DNA of 64,000 nt from NCBI GenBank assembly GCA_028279185.1, contig JANQSS010000144.1:21190-85189 (forward strand), read 5' to 3'. Positions 38,801 to 48,696 of this stretch are shown here, piece after piece (the stretch's first letter is position 1; each line of letters opens with the position of its first letter). Made by a program: the position numbers and the translations under genes. The notes below the pieces were generated by a model. The model did not search any database. It was not told where the DNA came from and saw only the letters and a list, made by a program, of their open reading frames with translations. The stretch comes from Saprospiraceae bacterium. Its GTDB lineage: Bacteria > Bacteroidota > Bacteroidia > Chitinophagales > Saprospiraceae.

Positions 38801-41800
38801 CTAATTTAATGACTTGTAATAAAGTTCTACTAATCGCTTATAGTATGGAGTAAGAAGTGGCGAAGTTCGATTCACTTCACGCAATTGATTCTCTCTATTT
38901 TTCAAATAGGCCTCTATCGCGGGAGGAATTTTTCTTTCAACACGCTCTGCAGTTTTTGACTCGCGTTTATCATCCAGGTCACGCTCTCGTTCCGCTTTTT
39001 CCGCTTCGAGCAATCGCGTTTCAATTTCCTGCTGACGTTTGAGCATTTCATTCGTCAACTGCTTATTAACAAGGTCTTTTTCCATTCCGTCCATGGCTTC
39101 CATTATTTCTTCGAGCATTCGATCATTTTGGCCGCGTTCACTTTTACCTTTTTGCATATCGCGTAACATCTTACGCATAGCAGCTTGTTGTTGAGCCATT
39201 TTTCCAAATTGTTCACTTGATGGTTTTTGGCCATCTTTCATGCCTTGCATCATTTTTTGTAAGCCCTCTTTTATTTGTTGCTGACCCTGTGTGATTTTAT
39301 CCATTGGTTTTTTACCTCCACCCTGACCAGGTTTTGGATTGTTACACATTTGACTACCTGGCATCATGCTCGACATTTGTTGTTGCATTTGCGCCATGCT
39401 CTCGCTAAGCATTACGGCGAGGTCATTAAGGTAAGTCATGACAAATCGCTGTGATGTTGATGCCTTATCCTTTTTTCGATCTTCGAGCAACTTTAAGCTT
39501 TTCTCCAAATTCTGATCTATGTCAGCTACTTTGTCCATGACGAATGTTTCGATTTTTTCATTGCGTTTGCTCAAAGCGTGTAAACTATCGCGAACAATAG
39601 AAAAATCATCTTGAATTTTGAACTGCTCTTGCACTAATTCGACATACTTAGTAGTTAATTTATTTGTGCGATTAAATTGGCCAATAAGCAGTTCTTCGTC
39701 AAATGAAAGCGTGAGTATGTTTTCAAGCAATTGGCGAATCATTTCTATGTCTTCACCCATTTGGCTCATCTGACCGCCTTGCATAGCCGCCTGCATTTGC
39801 TGCGCCATTTGCTTCATTTTTTGTCCGGCTTTTTTCTGCGACTTTGATGCTTTTTGTTTGCTTGATTCTGACTGCTGCTGCTCATCGCTTTCTTGGCTTT
39901 TCTCTTCTTCTCCTTTCTCCTCTTCTTCTCCAGATTCTTCACTTTCTTCCTCTTTCTCGCCTTCCTCTTTCGATCCTTCATCCTGCTTTTCGCCGCCCTT
40001 CTTCTCTTTGTCGTCGCTGAGGGCGTCTTCACTTTTTTGCTGCTCCTCATCAATTTCTTTTTCTAAATCTTCCGTGTCCTCAATATTTTTCGGGTTCTCT
40101 AATTCCTTATTCTTTTCCTTTAGCTCTTCAATCTCCTTTTTAATTTCCTCAAATTTTTCACTTAATTCCTCCTGCTCTTTTTTCAAAGATTCATTGGACT
40201 CTTCCTCCTTCTTCGTTTTTTCACTTAGCTCTTCCTGTTCCTCAGCGAGCTCGTTTAATTTATCGATTTCCTGCTGCAATTGATGTTCGACTTCAAGCTG
40301 TTTAAATAATTCGAGCATTCGATCCATCTCCATTTCCATTTCCTGGGAATTCATTTCCATTTGCTCCATCTGCTCAATTGACTCTTCGCGTTGCATCTCC
40401 TCCAGCAATTTGTTAATCTCGTCCATCAATTGCTTAAGCTCGTCATCCATTACCTTTTCCATCATCTCCTCAAGTTTCTTCTGCTTCTCCATAAGCTCTT
40501 CAGACATGTTGTTGAGCTTTTCCTGATTCTCCCTATTCTCTTCGAGCATTTGTTTAGCTTTTTCGAGCGCGTCTCGAATTTCTTCCTGCTTCTTCTGTAA
40601 TTTTTCGGCGTCCTTTTTGTCCTGCCAATTGAGTTCTTTCTTATTTAAGAACTTTTCGCGAAGATCTTTTATCTCCTTTTTGAGCTCCTTTGTTTTATCC
40701 AGATTGTCTTTAATTGCATTTTTAATGTCCTCCGTATTTTGTTTCGACAGCTCTTCTATCTCGTCAAGTGATGCTTTTTTATACGTGTATAATGTTGTAC
40801 GAGCCGATTTGCTTCCTCGAATACCATCGTTGTCCCAGGTTTCGAAATGATAAACTATTTCTTCTCCATCTTTTAAATTAAATGAATCAGCTACGAACAA
40901 ATAATCAAATGTTGTAAATAAACCAGAAACTTGTTTTAAGGAAATTTTTAGTTCTTGTCCTTCAACACCTGAGGCATCTTTGATTTTATAAACCAGATTC
41001 AGTGATTTCAGTCCATAATCATCATCAGCCTTGCCCGTAAAATATCTGTAGTCCTGATCAAGCGAATCTTCTACCGAAACGACGGAAATTGTCGGATGTT
41101 GGTCCGGGATTGTTTCAATAAAGTAATGCATTGAGTCAGCCAATATTAACTCATCACTTGACGCATACAAGACATACGGTGAATTTCGAAATACGCCTTT
41201 TTTATACTCAAATTGCTCGTTGTCTCCCTTTTCAAAAGAACGCATATTCAAATCATCACTTTCAGGGAATCGTATTTGAATATCCGCTGTTTGCTTAGCG
41301 TTGATTGTCCATGAAAGTTGCGTACCTGCTGGAACCGTTAAATCACCATTATTTTCAAATGTTTCTGCCCGTCGATTGACGTATCTAGGGTAGACGGCTC
41401 GAACCCTCATGTCGAGAAATTGTGGCTTCTTAAGCACATCTATGTGGTATTCACGACTCGTCACCTCACCAGAGGTCAATGTAAATGACGCATCCTCTTT
41501 TATGTTTTTAACTACAAATCGGAAATCGTGTTTGTCATCCTTTTCCAATTCATATCGTTGATCATGTAGATCGATGAAAACGCGTTCTGGCACAAATTCG
41601 CCTTTAGTATCAACCAAAATTTCATAGTCTGAGTACTGAATCGCTGAAAGCTCATCAGCCTTTCGAACTTCGAAATGAAAGGGTGCTGGCTTTTCAAAGT
41701 ATTCATTATTCTTAATTATTCGGCCACTCCCTTCGGAAATCAGGCTTGGAGCCATGATGAGCAGTGCTCCCAATAGTAAAACCGGTGGCAGTGCATATTT

Positions 41801-42277
41801 GAGGTATCGCCTGTTTTTTGAGAGGTCAATGGCCTTTTGAAAAGGTACAGGTCGAATTCTAGCTGTTTTTTGATCAATGGAAGCCATCAACAATGTATTA
41901 TCCTCACTTGTACTCATCTGATCGCGGAGTTGGAGGATATTAATCAATTTGTCTTTGACATCAGAAAAGTGTTTTCCAATGATAGCGGCAGCTTGACTAT
42001 GATTAATTGTCTTTCCTAACTTAAAATAGGCGAACAGGGGTTTCAGGATAAAGAGAAACAAGCTGCCACTTAATACGGTCAAGAAGCTGAAAAACAACAC
42101 TTTACGAACAGACGTATCGAAGTAGAAGGTATACTCCAGAACTGAAAAAAGTATAAATAAGAAAAGAACTAGACCCACAAAAAGCAGGGCCCCTCTTATA
42201 ATCTTATTGACATAGTATTTGCGGGTAAATCGATCCAGCTTTGCTAAGAGCTCCTGGTAACTGCTACTTCCTTCCAT
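38801..42277 (-). CDS. 1158-aa membrane-anchored protein: two N-terminal TMs, ~450-aa globular region, ~600-aa hyper-charged E/K/Q/M-rich coiled-coil/low-complexity region, conserved C-terminal block
   Basis: TMs 'GALLFVGLVLFLFILFSVL' and 'VLFFSFLTVLSGSLFLFIL'. Repetitive 'EQMEQMEMNSQEMEMEMDRMLELFKQLEVEH', 'EESEESGEEEEKGEEEKSQE'. The antisense Ser-rich and Lys-rich ORFs in the track are artefacts of the GAA/GAG repeats. Confidence 0.7.
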   Translation of the reverse strand: MEGSSSYQELLAKLDRFTRKYYVNKIIRGALLFVGLVLFLFILFSVLEYTFYFDTSVRKVLFFSFLTVLSGSLFLFILKPLFAYFKLGKTINHSQAAAIIGKHFSDVKDKLINILQLRDQMSTSEDNTLLMASIDQKTARIRPVPFQKAIDLSKNRRYLKYALPPVLLLGALLIMAPSLISEGSGRIIKNNEYFEKPAPFHFEVRKADELSAIQYSDYEILVDTKGEFVPERVFIDLHDQRYELEKDDKHDFRFVVKNIKEDASFTLTSGEVTSREYHIDVLKKPQFLDMRVRAVYPRYVNRRAETFENNGDLTVPAGTQLSWTINAKQTADIQIRFPESDDLNMRSFEKGDNEQFEYKKGVFRNSPYVLYASSDELILADSMHYFIETIPDQHPTISVVSVEDSLDQDYRYFTGKADDDYGLKSLNLVYKIKDASGVEGQELKISLKQVSGLFTTFDYLFVADSFNLKDGEEIVYHFETWDNDGIRGSKSARTTLYTYKKASLDEIEELSKQNTEDIKNAIKDNLDKTKELKKEIKDLREKFLNKKELNWQDKKDAEKLQKKQEEIRDALEKAKQMLEENRENQEKLNNMSEELMEKQKKLEEMMEKVMDDELKQLMDEINKLLEEMQREESIEQMEQMEMNSQEMEMEMDRMLELFKQLEVEHQLQQEIDKLNELAEEQEELSEKTKKEEESNESLKKEQEELSEKFEEIKKEIEELKEKNKELENPKNIEDTEDLEKEIDEEQQKSEDALSDDKEKKGGEKQDEGSKEEGEKEEESEESGEEEEKGEEEKSQESDEQQQSESSKQKASKSQKKAGQKMKQMAQQMQAAMQGGQMSQMGEDIEMIRQLLENILTLSFDEELLIGQFNRTNKLTTKYVELVQEQFKIQDDFSIVRDSLHALSKRNEKIETFVMDKVADIDQNLEKSLKLLEDRKKDKASTSQRFVMTYLNDLAVMLSESMAQMQQQMSSMMPGSQMCNNPKPGQGGGKKPMDKITQGQQQIKEGLQKMMQGMKDGQKPSSEQFGKMAQQQAAMRKMLRDMQKGKSERGQNDRMLEEIMEAMDGMEKDLVNKQLTNEMLKRQQEIETRLLEAEKAERERDLDDKRESKTAERVERKIPPAIEAYLKNRENQLREVNRTSPLLTPYYKRLVELYYKSLN

Positions 42278-42837
42278 ACGACATTATTCTATTTTATCTG
42301 ACAAGCCTTAATGATAACAGCCCGTGCGAAGATAAAATTTCAGTAGATAAAGGGTTTTAACAGCCAAATGTCCGATATGTTGAGGATGGTGTTGATTGAC
42401 TTAAGACTTAAGCTGGAGATAAAAGCAGAAGGTATGCAAGAAAACCAGCAAATAAGACTATGGCAAGCCAAAATCGCTTGTCCTTCAAGTCAATGTCACG
42501 TCTAGATTCTTCGGAGTTCATAAGCAAACTATCCTATTGTACTTTTTTATCATTCATTCAAAGGCAAAAAGGATGCCATAGCAGAAAATAGTAATATGAT
42601 ATAATACTTAAGACACTATAGTGGGGGAGGTATTGGAACTGGCTAAGCACACCTCATAACCCTAACCGTGCCCTTAGCAGAAGGGTGTCAGGACTTAAAT
42701 CTCCATTAGATGTTTCCGCCAGGTAAGAAGGAATTGTTTGAATTTGGTTTCTGATTTAGGAAAAGATAAGATTCCCTAGTCGGCAGTATGTTTATGTCTC
42801 GTATTAAAGACATTTTATAATGTTCTTGGGAATCAAT

Positions 42838-42877
42838 AAAAAGACCCACAAATCTTATTTGCGGGTCTTTTTATTTT
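42838..42877. terminator. intrinsic terminator-like hairpin with flanking A/T runs in a 930-nt ORF-free region
   Basis: AAGACCCACAAAT-CTT-ATTTGCGGGTCTT (13 bp, one mismatch) followed by TTTTATTTT. Confidence 0.45.
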
Positions 42878-43230
42878 ATTTCAACGACTCTTCATTGAAT
42901 TAGAGGTTCATTTTCAATGATGGTCTCGATGTTTTTCATTATCATGTTGATGTAGCCAGATTGAAAAAATCACAGGCCTAAAATTAATAGAACGAGACTA
43001 AGCTGTCAAAGTAAATTTGATTTTTGGCAGAAGTCAGTAACATCTGCCAATGAATGGTATGGTGGTTCCATATTAAAGCGATGTTTTATTTATTTAATAA
43101 CCAGATTTTAAATCCGATGTCCTGCTAAGTTAAGCTTTCTTTTTCAAAATCGCAATTGTTGCCCATTACTTTTTTAACAATTTTTATTTTTTAGTGCACC
43201 GAATCTGGTTAATATTAAATACGGTAAAAC

Positions 43231-45780
43231 TTACTCCAAATCATATTCTCCACACGGCTTGATGTATGCGTGGAATTTAGCTTGATTCATTGCTCGAAAG
43301 CCGGGTAAAAGGCGAATGTAATCACCGGCTTTCATTGTAACTTGCGTATTTGCGCCACCCGCTAATGTACCTGACGATTCAATCGTGCCACTGGCTTCAT
43401 AAAGGAGGTTATGCTCCATATTTAAATTTAAAACCAAATCCGTAGTGCAGGTCGAATAAAGGTCAGATTCATAAACGCCTTTGCCAAAAGTTGCTGCCCG
43501 GATTATTCCGTCACTTTCATAAATTTCTAAATCTGTAACTGGAACAAGTGGTAATTTTGTCCAAAATGGGACCCAGTCTGTCATTGTATTGCCTCGATAA
43601 TAAACACCTATATCTGTTCCAATATAAACACCATTTGATCCATCAACGACTATTGCATTAACTGGAATATTTGGAAGTGAGCCGGACATATTTGTCCAAC
43701 CCGCACCGGCATTATTTGAAAAATACACTTTTTGTCCATCGCCATATCCACCGAAAACCAGCCAAACATTAGACGAATTATTTGGGCGTACGCCTATACT
43801 CGTAACTTTTAAATTATCACCTGATGGAGGCAGGTTTGTCGAAGACATATTACTCCATGTCAATCCTGCATTATCTGATCGATATAGTCCGCGACCAGCA
43901 CTTGATGTTGATCCATTACCACCGGCCGCATAAAATCGATTATTATTACTCGGACAATGCTCAATATCCCAATTTCCACGTGCTCCGCGGTTTGACCAAG
44001 ACAAACCTCCATTTGTTGATCGCATAATATCCGTAAATCCGGCCAGTACTATATTACTATTATTGTTTGCACGTGATACGCGGCCAAACCATTCCGGTCC
44101 GTTTGGTAGTGTCGGGGTAATACTGACTCGATTTGCCCCATTACCCGTAAAAGACAAAATTGACCTGTTTCGTGAAAAATATCCCGCTGTCGCGCTTGCG
44201 TTGTCATAAATACAGTCAAAGCCGTCGGCACCTGATCTATGATTCCAAATAATAGAATTTGCATCACGTGACTTTATACCATTGTCCTGAAGACCAATCA
44301 TCATGTTGTTAATTGATGCATTAGAACCCGCCATATGATATATTTGAGATGCGGAGATTCCATCGGACAGGCTTACCCAATCGACACCATGATTGGAACT
44401 TTTATTCAGCCCACCATCCGAACATACAAATACTTCACCTGTGAGTGGACTATATTCTATGTCATGAATATCGGCATGCACATATCCGGTTGAACCGGCA
44501 CCGCATTGTGGTGTACGATTGACGAGCGTAATACCCAAATTCGTACTTCCCCAGCAATTGATTGCACCCATAACCATGCTTCCGCCGAACGTGTGCGAAA
44601 CACCAAGTGCCAAGTCATAATTGGACTGTGTGCGATTTGCTGAGCCGTCACCTGCGCAAGCTGCGTCTACGACATTAGGTGAATTTGACACTTGACCAAA
44701 TGACGCCCCTGAATTTGAGGAAAAATAGACACCTCCAAATGTGCTACCAGAAGATCCTCCACCAGACATAATGTAGACCCAACTGTCACTCGCTTCGGTG
44801 ACCGCCAACGCTACCCGCCCATTTGGCAGAGCAGGTGTCATACCCACCTCATTAAACGAAACACCTCCGTTTGTACTCCTCAGAAATGCGCCGCTTTGCG
44901 TAGCGTATACAATGTTTGATGACCCTGGTTTAAATTTCAATTCATAGGTACGACCTGTTTCTGATTCCGACCATGTTGCACCCCCATTTGTCGTTCTATA
45001 AATTCCCGTGCTCGTAGCTGCCAGCAACACATTTGCATTGTTTGGGTCCTGAACTAATTGATATCCAGCATAATTACTGGCAATTGGAAAGTCACCCAAT
45101 TTGGACCACGTATCACCGGCATCATCTGAAGAATATACACCTTCTGACCATCTGATGTAGCCAAAGTCTTCAACAAATCCACTAATGTTAGAATCACCAT
45201 CGCCCGTTAAAATGAAAATTTTATTGGGATTATTATGGCTGACAACTATACCTGATATTCCAGTGGACGGCAAATACCGACTGATCGGATTCCACGTTCC
45301 CCCGGCATTAACAGTTTTAAATAATCCACCTGCAGGTGTTCCGATGTACATAATGTCCGGGTCGGTTGGATGAAATGCTATTCTATCTACACGACCAATT
45401 CCAATGGCAGATTCAGTATTATTACTATCATCGATTTCTTTTGGCCCTCGAAAAACCCAATTACCTGTACTACTTCGATTATCATCAAATCGTCTTACCT
45501 CTTGTAGTGCTGTATTCGTTTTTTCGGTAATATTTACAAGATTTCCTTCTCTATCCGTATGCATGGACATGTAATATGCCCATCGTATCCAGTGTTTATG
45601 TTTTGGTTCGACAGTTCGTGAAATGGCGCCCGATTCAATATCTGCATAATGATCGTTGACAACAGTCATGATTTCATCGAGATTTCGTTTACCTTTTAGT
45701 TTTTGTTTCAAAGAAACTTGTTGACTAAATGCATTTATTGAAAACGCAATTAAAAATCCAAGAATAAATATTTTTTTCAT
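43231..45780 (-). CDS. secreted BNR/Asp-box repeat protein (sortilin/GH74-like beta-propeller)
   Basis: Signal peptide. Multiple S-x-D-x-G-x-T-W boxes: 'SDDAGDTW', 'TTNGGATW', 'STNGGLSW', 'SDNAGLTW', 'SNNAGAGW'. Confidence 0.75.
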   Translation of the reverse strand: MKKIFILGFLIAFSINAFSQQVSLKQKLKGKRNLDEIMTVVNDHYADIESGAISRTVEPKHKHWIRWAYYMSMHTDREGNLVNITEKTNTALQEVRRFDDNRSSTGNWVFRGPKEIDDSNNTESAIGIGRVDRIAFHPTDPDIMYIGTPAGGLFKTVNAGGTWNPISRYLPSTGISGIVVSHNNPNKIFILTGDGDSNISGFVEDFGYIRWSEGVYSSDDAGDTWSKLGDFPIASNYAGYQLVQDPNNANVLLAATSTGIYRTTNGGATWSESETGRTYELKFKPGSSNIVYATQSGAFLRSTNGGVSFNEVGMTPALPNGRVALAVTEASDSWVYIMSGGGSSGSTFGGVYFSSNSGASFGQVSNSPNVVDAACAGDGSANRTQSNYDLALGVSHTFGGSMVMGAINCWGSTNLGITLVNRTPQCGAGSTGYVHADIHDIEYSPLTGEVFVCSDGGLNKSSNHGVDWVSLSDGISASQIYHMAGSNASINNMMIGLQDNGIKSRDANSIIWNHRSGADGFDCIYDNASATAGYFSRNRSILSFTGNGANRVSITPTLPNGPEWFGRVSRANNNSNIVLAGFTDIMRSTNGGLSWSNRGARGNWDIEHCPSNNNRFYAAGGNGSTSSAGRGLYRSDNAGLTWSNMSSTNLPPSGDNLKVTSIGVRPNNSSNVWLVFGGYGDGQKVYFSNNAGAGWTNMSGSLPNIPVNAIVVDGSNGVYIGTDIGVYYRGNTMTDWVPFWTKLPLVPVTDLEIYESDGIIRAATFGKGVYESDLYSTCTTDLVLNLNMEHNLLYEASGTIESSGTLAGGANTQVTMKAGDYIRLLPGFRAMNQAKFHAYIKPCGEYDLE

Positions 45781-45825
45781 GATTGAACAATTTAAAATTG
45801 ATTAATGCAATTTTGTCAATAATTT

Positions 45826-46911
45826 TTATCGATCAGCTTTCAATTGTTCGATCTCTTTATTTAAGGCAATCACATGCAAGGTCAACTCTTCAATTTTTTC
45901 CATCATTCTTTTTTGCATGTCGCCAAGGTGCAGACCATTTTCAGCTATTTCATCTGCTGAAGGAATTCCGGGTAGGTGACCATTTTCGTTAATGGCTTTT
46001 TCTACATCGGGCAACGACATCAATTGATAATTATCAGCGAATACATAATCGGGCCAGTCATTTCGCAAATCCACGCGAACTTCTTCGGTAATAATGGCGC
46101 CATTGACGGCCAATTTGTACCCTGGAGAAGCATACGACGTGCCGATGCTTACTGCCTCTTCTGTTCCATGTAAGCAAAGGATAGGCAAGCTGGTATTTCC
46201 ATCGTCATCAAAAACCAGGTGGTTTTCTCCCGTTAACCAATTCGGAGCCGATGCACCTACATACCAGGTATTGGTCTGATCATCGTCATTTCGAATTACA
46301 AGCTGGTGTCCTTCGTCCTGTAAATGGAGTTTGGCAATTGGATTCGCTGTTCCTATTCCCACGTCCCCTCCGTTCTCTATATGAAACATACCGGAGGCAC
46401 CACTTGACAATCCAATTGTAAAATCCGATGCAGCAATCGTACTCTCATTTAATGCACCTACGTACCAATTATCCGATTGCGCCGCTAACCGGATATGCTC
46501 AGACGCGGATGAAAAATCTGTACTTCCTCCACCGAAAACAGCATCATCCAATACATGGAGTAGTTTAGACGGAGATTCTGTCCCGATACCAACCGCTCCG
46601 GAAGGACTTACAGTTAGCCTTCTACTTCCATTCGTTTCCAAATAAATCCGATCATTTGATGAAATATTGATATCAGCAAACGAATTTGGTACAGTTGGAT
46701 CATTTGCCAATGTTAAATTATTTCCCGTATTCGAATTCCCCAAATATTCGCCATATAGGCGACCAACAAGGTTTGGATCATCTACGGGTCCATCACAAAT
46801 GAGTACTTCGTTATTTATTTTAGCATCTCCTTCGGCATCAAGCATGACCTGAGCACCGGCTATTGCAATAGTAAAGAAAAGTCCAATTGTTATATAAACA
46901 TGCATTTTCAT
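45826..46911 (-). CDS. secreted phage tail-fibre-like protein with C-terminal intramolecular-chaperone (endosialidase chaperone / peptidase S74-like) domain
   Basis: Signal peptide. Repeated 'GxVGIGTxxP...LHV/L' beta-helix-like units. C-terminus 'RVDLRNDWPDYVFADNYQLMSLPDVEKAINENGHLPGIPSADEIAENGLHLGDMQKRMMEKIEELTLHVIALNKEIEQLK'. Confidence 0.6.
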   Translation of the reverse strand: MKMHVYITIGLFFTIAIAGAQVMLDAEGDAKINNEVLICDGPVDDPNLVGRLYGEYLGNSNTGNNLTLANDPTVPNSFADINISSNDRIYLETNGSRRLTVSPSGAVGIGTESPSKLLHVLDDAVFGGGSTDFSSASEHIRLAAQSDNWYVGALNESTIAASDFTIGLSSGASGMFHIENGGDVGIGTANPIAKLHLQDEGHQLVIRNDDDQTNTWYVGASAPNWLTGENHLVFDDDGNTSLPILCLHGTEEAVSIGTSYASPGYKLAVNGAIITEEVRVDLRNDWPDYVFADNYQLMSLPDVEKAINENGHLPGIPSADEIAENGLHLGDMQKRMMEKIEELTLHVIALNKEIEQLKADR

Positions 46912-47225
46912 AATCTAAAATTTTTTATAGTGAATAATTTATTTCTATTGAAGCACACATGAACATCATGCTGTACATATCACTTACATAGCGTAGTATT
47001 GTGTCGGGTAGTTGAGAGGAATCTTTTTAATGCCGATTTCAAAGTTATAGGAGAAATTTGCGAGATTCTTGACTACTTTGTAAGTAGACAATATCTTTTG
47101 TAATTGACACAATCAGAAAGTAATTGAACTAACCATGTCATACCATGTTTTTACTCTTACTTCTTGAACAATATCGGCCACAATGAATTGTGCTCCTCAA
47201 TCATCGTTAGTATTCTGAAATTTCG

Positions 47226-48107
47226 TTGAAAAAAGCAGGTAAATATTTGGCTTATACGTTGGCTACAGTCGTCATAGCGACACTAGCCTTTCTACATGTT
47301 TCGATGTGGCGGATGAGCACAGCCTATGACAATTTTATTCGATCAAGTCTTGACAACGGTACATTTGTCAGTAAACGAGTTAAACATGAATCTGATAGCA
47401 TATCCTATCTTATTGGAGGAAACGATAAATCGGGTACAGCGCTTATAGGCATTCATGGTTCCCCTGGAAGCGCAGATAATCTAGCACTCTATTTTCAAAC
47501 GCAGAAATTACGCCAACAGATGCAAATTGTTTCCTATGACCGACGTGGCTTCGGTCTGGAAAAAGGGCATGAACAATACAATCGGCTTGCACAAGAAGTG
47601 GAGCATTTACGCTCTATAATAAAATACGTTCGGGCAGACACAATCATATTTCTCGCCCATTCCTACGGAAGCAGTGTAGCGCTGAAATATCTGGCCAATT
47701 ATAAAGACAAGGCGTATGCCGCTGTATTGATAGGATCCCCGATCGACCCAAAACTTGAAAAAGGTCATTGGTGGCGACGTATCGTAAATTTTAACGGTAT
47801 CCGATGGGCTATTCCAAATCCACTCAGAAAATGCAATGCAGAAATACTCGCACTTCGAGATGAACTAACTTTAATGGAAAATGAAATACAGCACATCAGT
47901 CATCCATTATTATTTTTTCATGGAAAAAATGATATGTTAGTGCCAGTAGAGAATATTGACACTTTTAAGTCACGAGATCAAATAAAATCAAAACATGTCT
48001 ACATAAAGGTTGAAGACGATGGCCACTTTATCATTTGGTCAAGAAAAACGGAGGTAGTAGATTTGATTGACAAATTAATTATTACACTCCGTCAAGGTAA
48101 TAACTAA
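47226..48107 (+). CDS. alpha/beta-hydrolase fold protein
   Basis: Nucleophile elbow 'FLAHSYGSS'. Membrane-anchored N-terminus. Confidence 0.7.
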   Translation: MKKAGKYLAYTLATVVIATLAFLHVSMWRMSTAYDNFIRSSLDNGTFVSKRVKHESDSISYLIGGNDKSGTALIGIHGSPGSADNLALYFQTQKLRQQMQIVSYDRRGFGLEKGHEQYNRLAQEVEHLRSIIKYVRADTIIFLAHSYGSSVALKYLANYKDKAYAAVLIGSPIDPKLEKGHWWRRIVNFNGIRWAIPNPLRKCNAEILALRDELTLMENEIQHISHPLLFFHGKNDMLVPVENIDTFKSRDQIKSKHVYIKVEDDGHFIIWSRKTEVVDLIDKLIITLRQGNN

Positions 48108-48114
48108 AATAAGT

Positions 48115-48630
48115 ATGCAATTGGAAGAATCGTTGAGGCAACGATGTTCTAAAACCAAAATGATGAATATGGCACATTATGTAGCTGGTAATCCAGCTCA
48201 TTATGCAGAGCTTATCGACCTAATTTTACATGGTCGTCCTCCTGTACCACAATATGGTGCCTGGGTTTTGCAGCATGCGTCAAATGAAAATCCAAATCGT
48301 ATCATCCCGCATCTGCGTGAATTACTTGAACTAATTGATGGTGATGCACACGATGCGATCAAAAGGGCTGTGTTGCGCACGTTGGCTATGATTGACGTAC
48401 CAAAAAAAGAAAAAGAACAGGTGATAAATATTTGCTTTCGGCTTTTAGAGGATAATAAACAGGCTGTGGCCATCAAGGTCTTTTCCATGTCCGCTCTATG
48501 GCGTGCCTGTCAGGGAGAAAACGATTTATTACAGGAACTTGGAAGGCAAATTCAAATTCAAATGCCTACTGGAAGTGCTGGATTTAAAAGTCGCGGCCGT
48601 AAAATACTGAAAGCAATCGATAGGTTATAA
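48115..48630 (+). CDS. HEAT/ARM-like helical repeat protein (171 aa)
   Basis: All-helical repeat pattern. Tentative. Confidence 0.45.
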   Translation: MQLEESLRQRCSKTKMMNMAHYVAGNPAHYAELIDLILHGRPPVPQYGAWVLQHASNENPNRIIPHLRELLELIDGDAHDAIKRAVLRTLAMIDVPKKEKEQVINICFRLLEDNKQAVAIKVFSMSALWRACQGENDLLQELGRQIQIQMPTGSAGFKSRGRKILKAIDRL

Positions 48631-48696
48631 GTGTCCTTTCAAATTGTTTAATTAAATTTCCCTTTGAACAAGGTGCTTTAACTATTACCCGCGACC

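Noticed and set aside
39814-40283. Long Ser-rich (+) and Lys/Arg-rich (-) ORFs inside the 38801..42277 gene region
   Set aside because: They are frame artefacts of the GAA/GAG/AAG repeat DNA that encodes the E/K-rich coiled coil. Composition is extreme and there are no start or RBS contexts.
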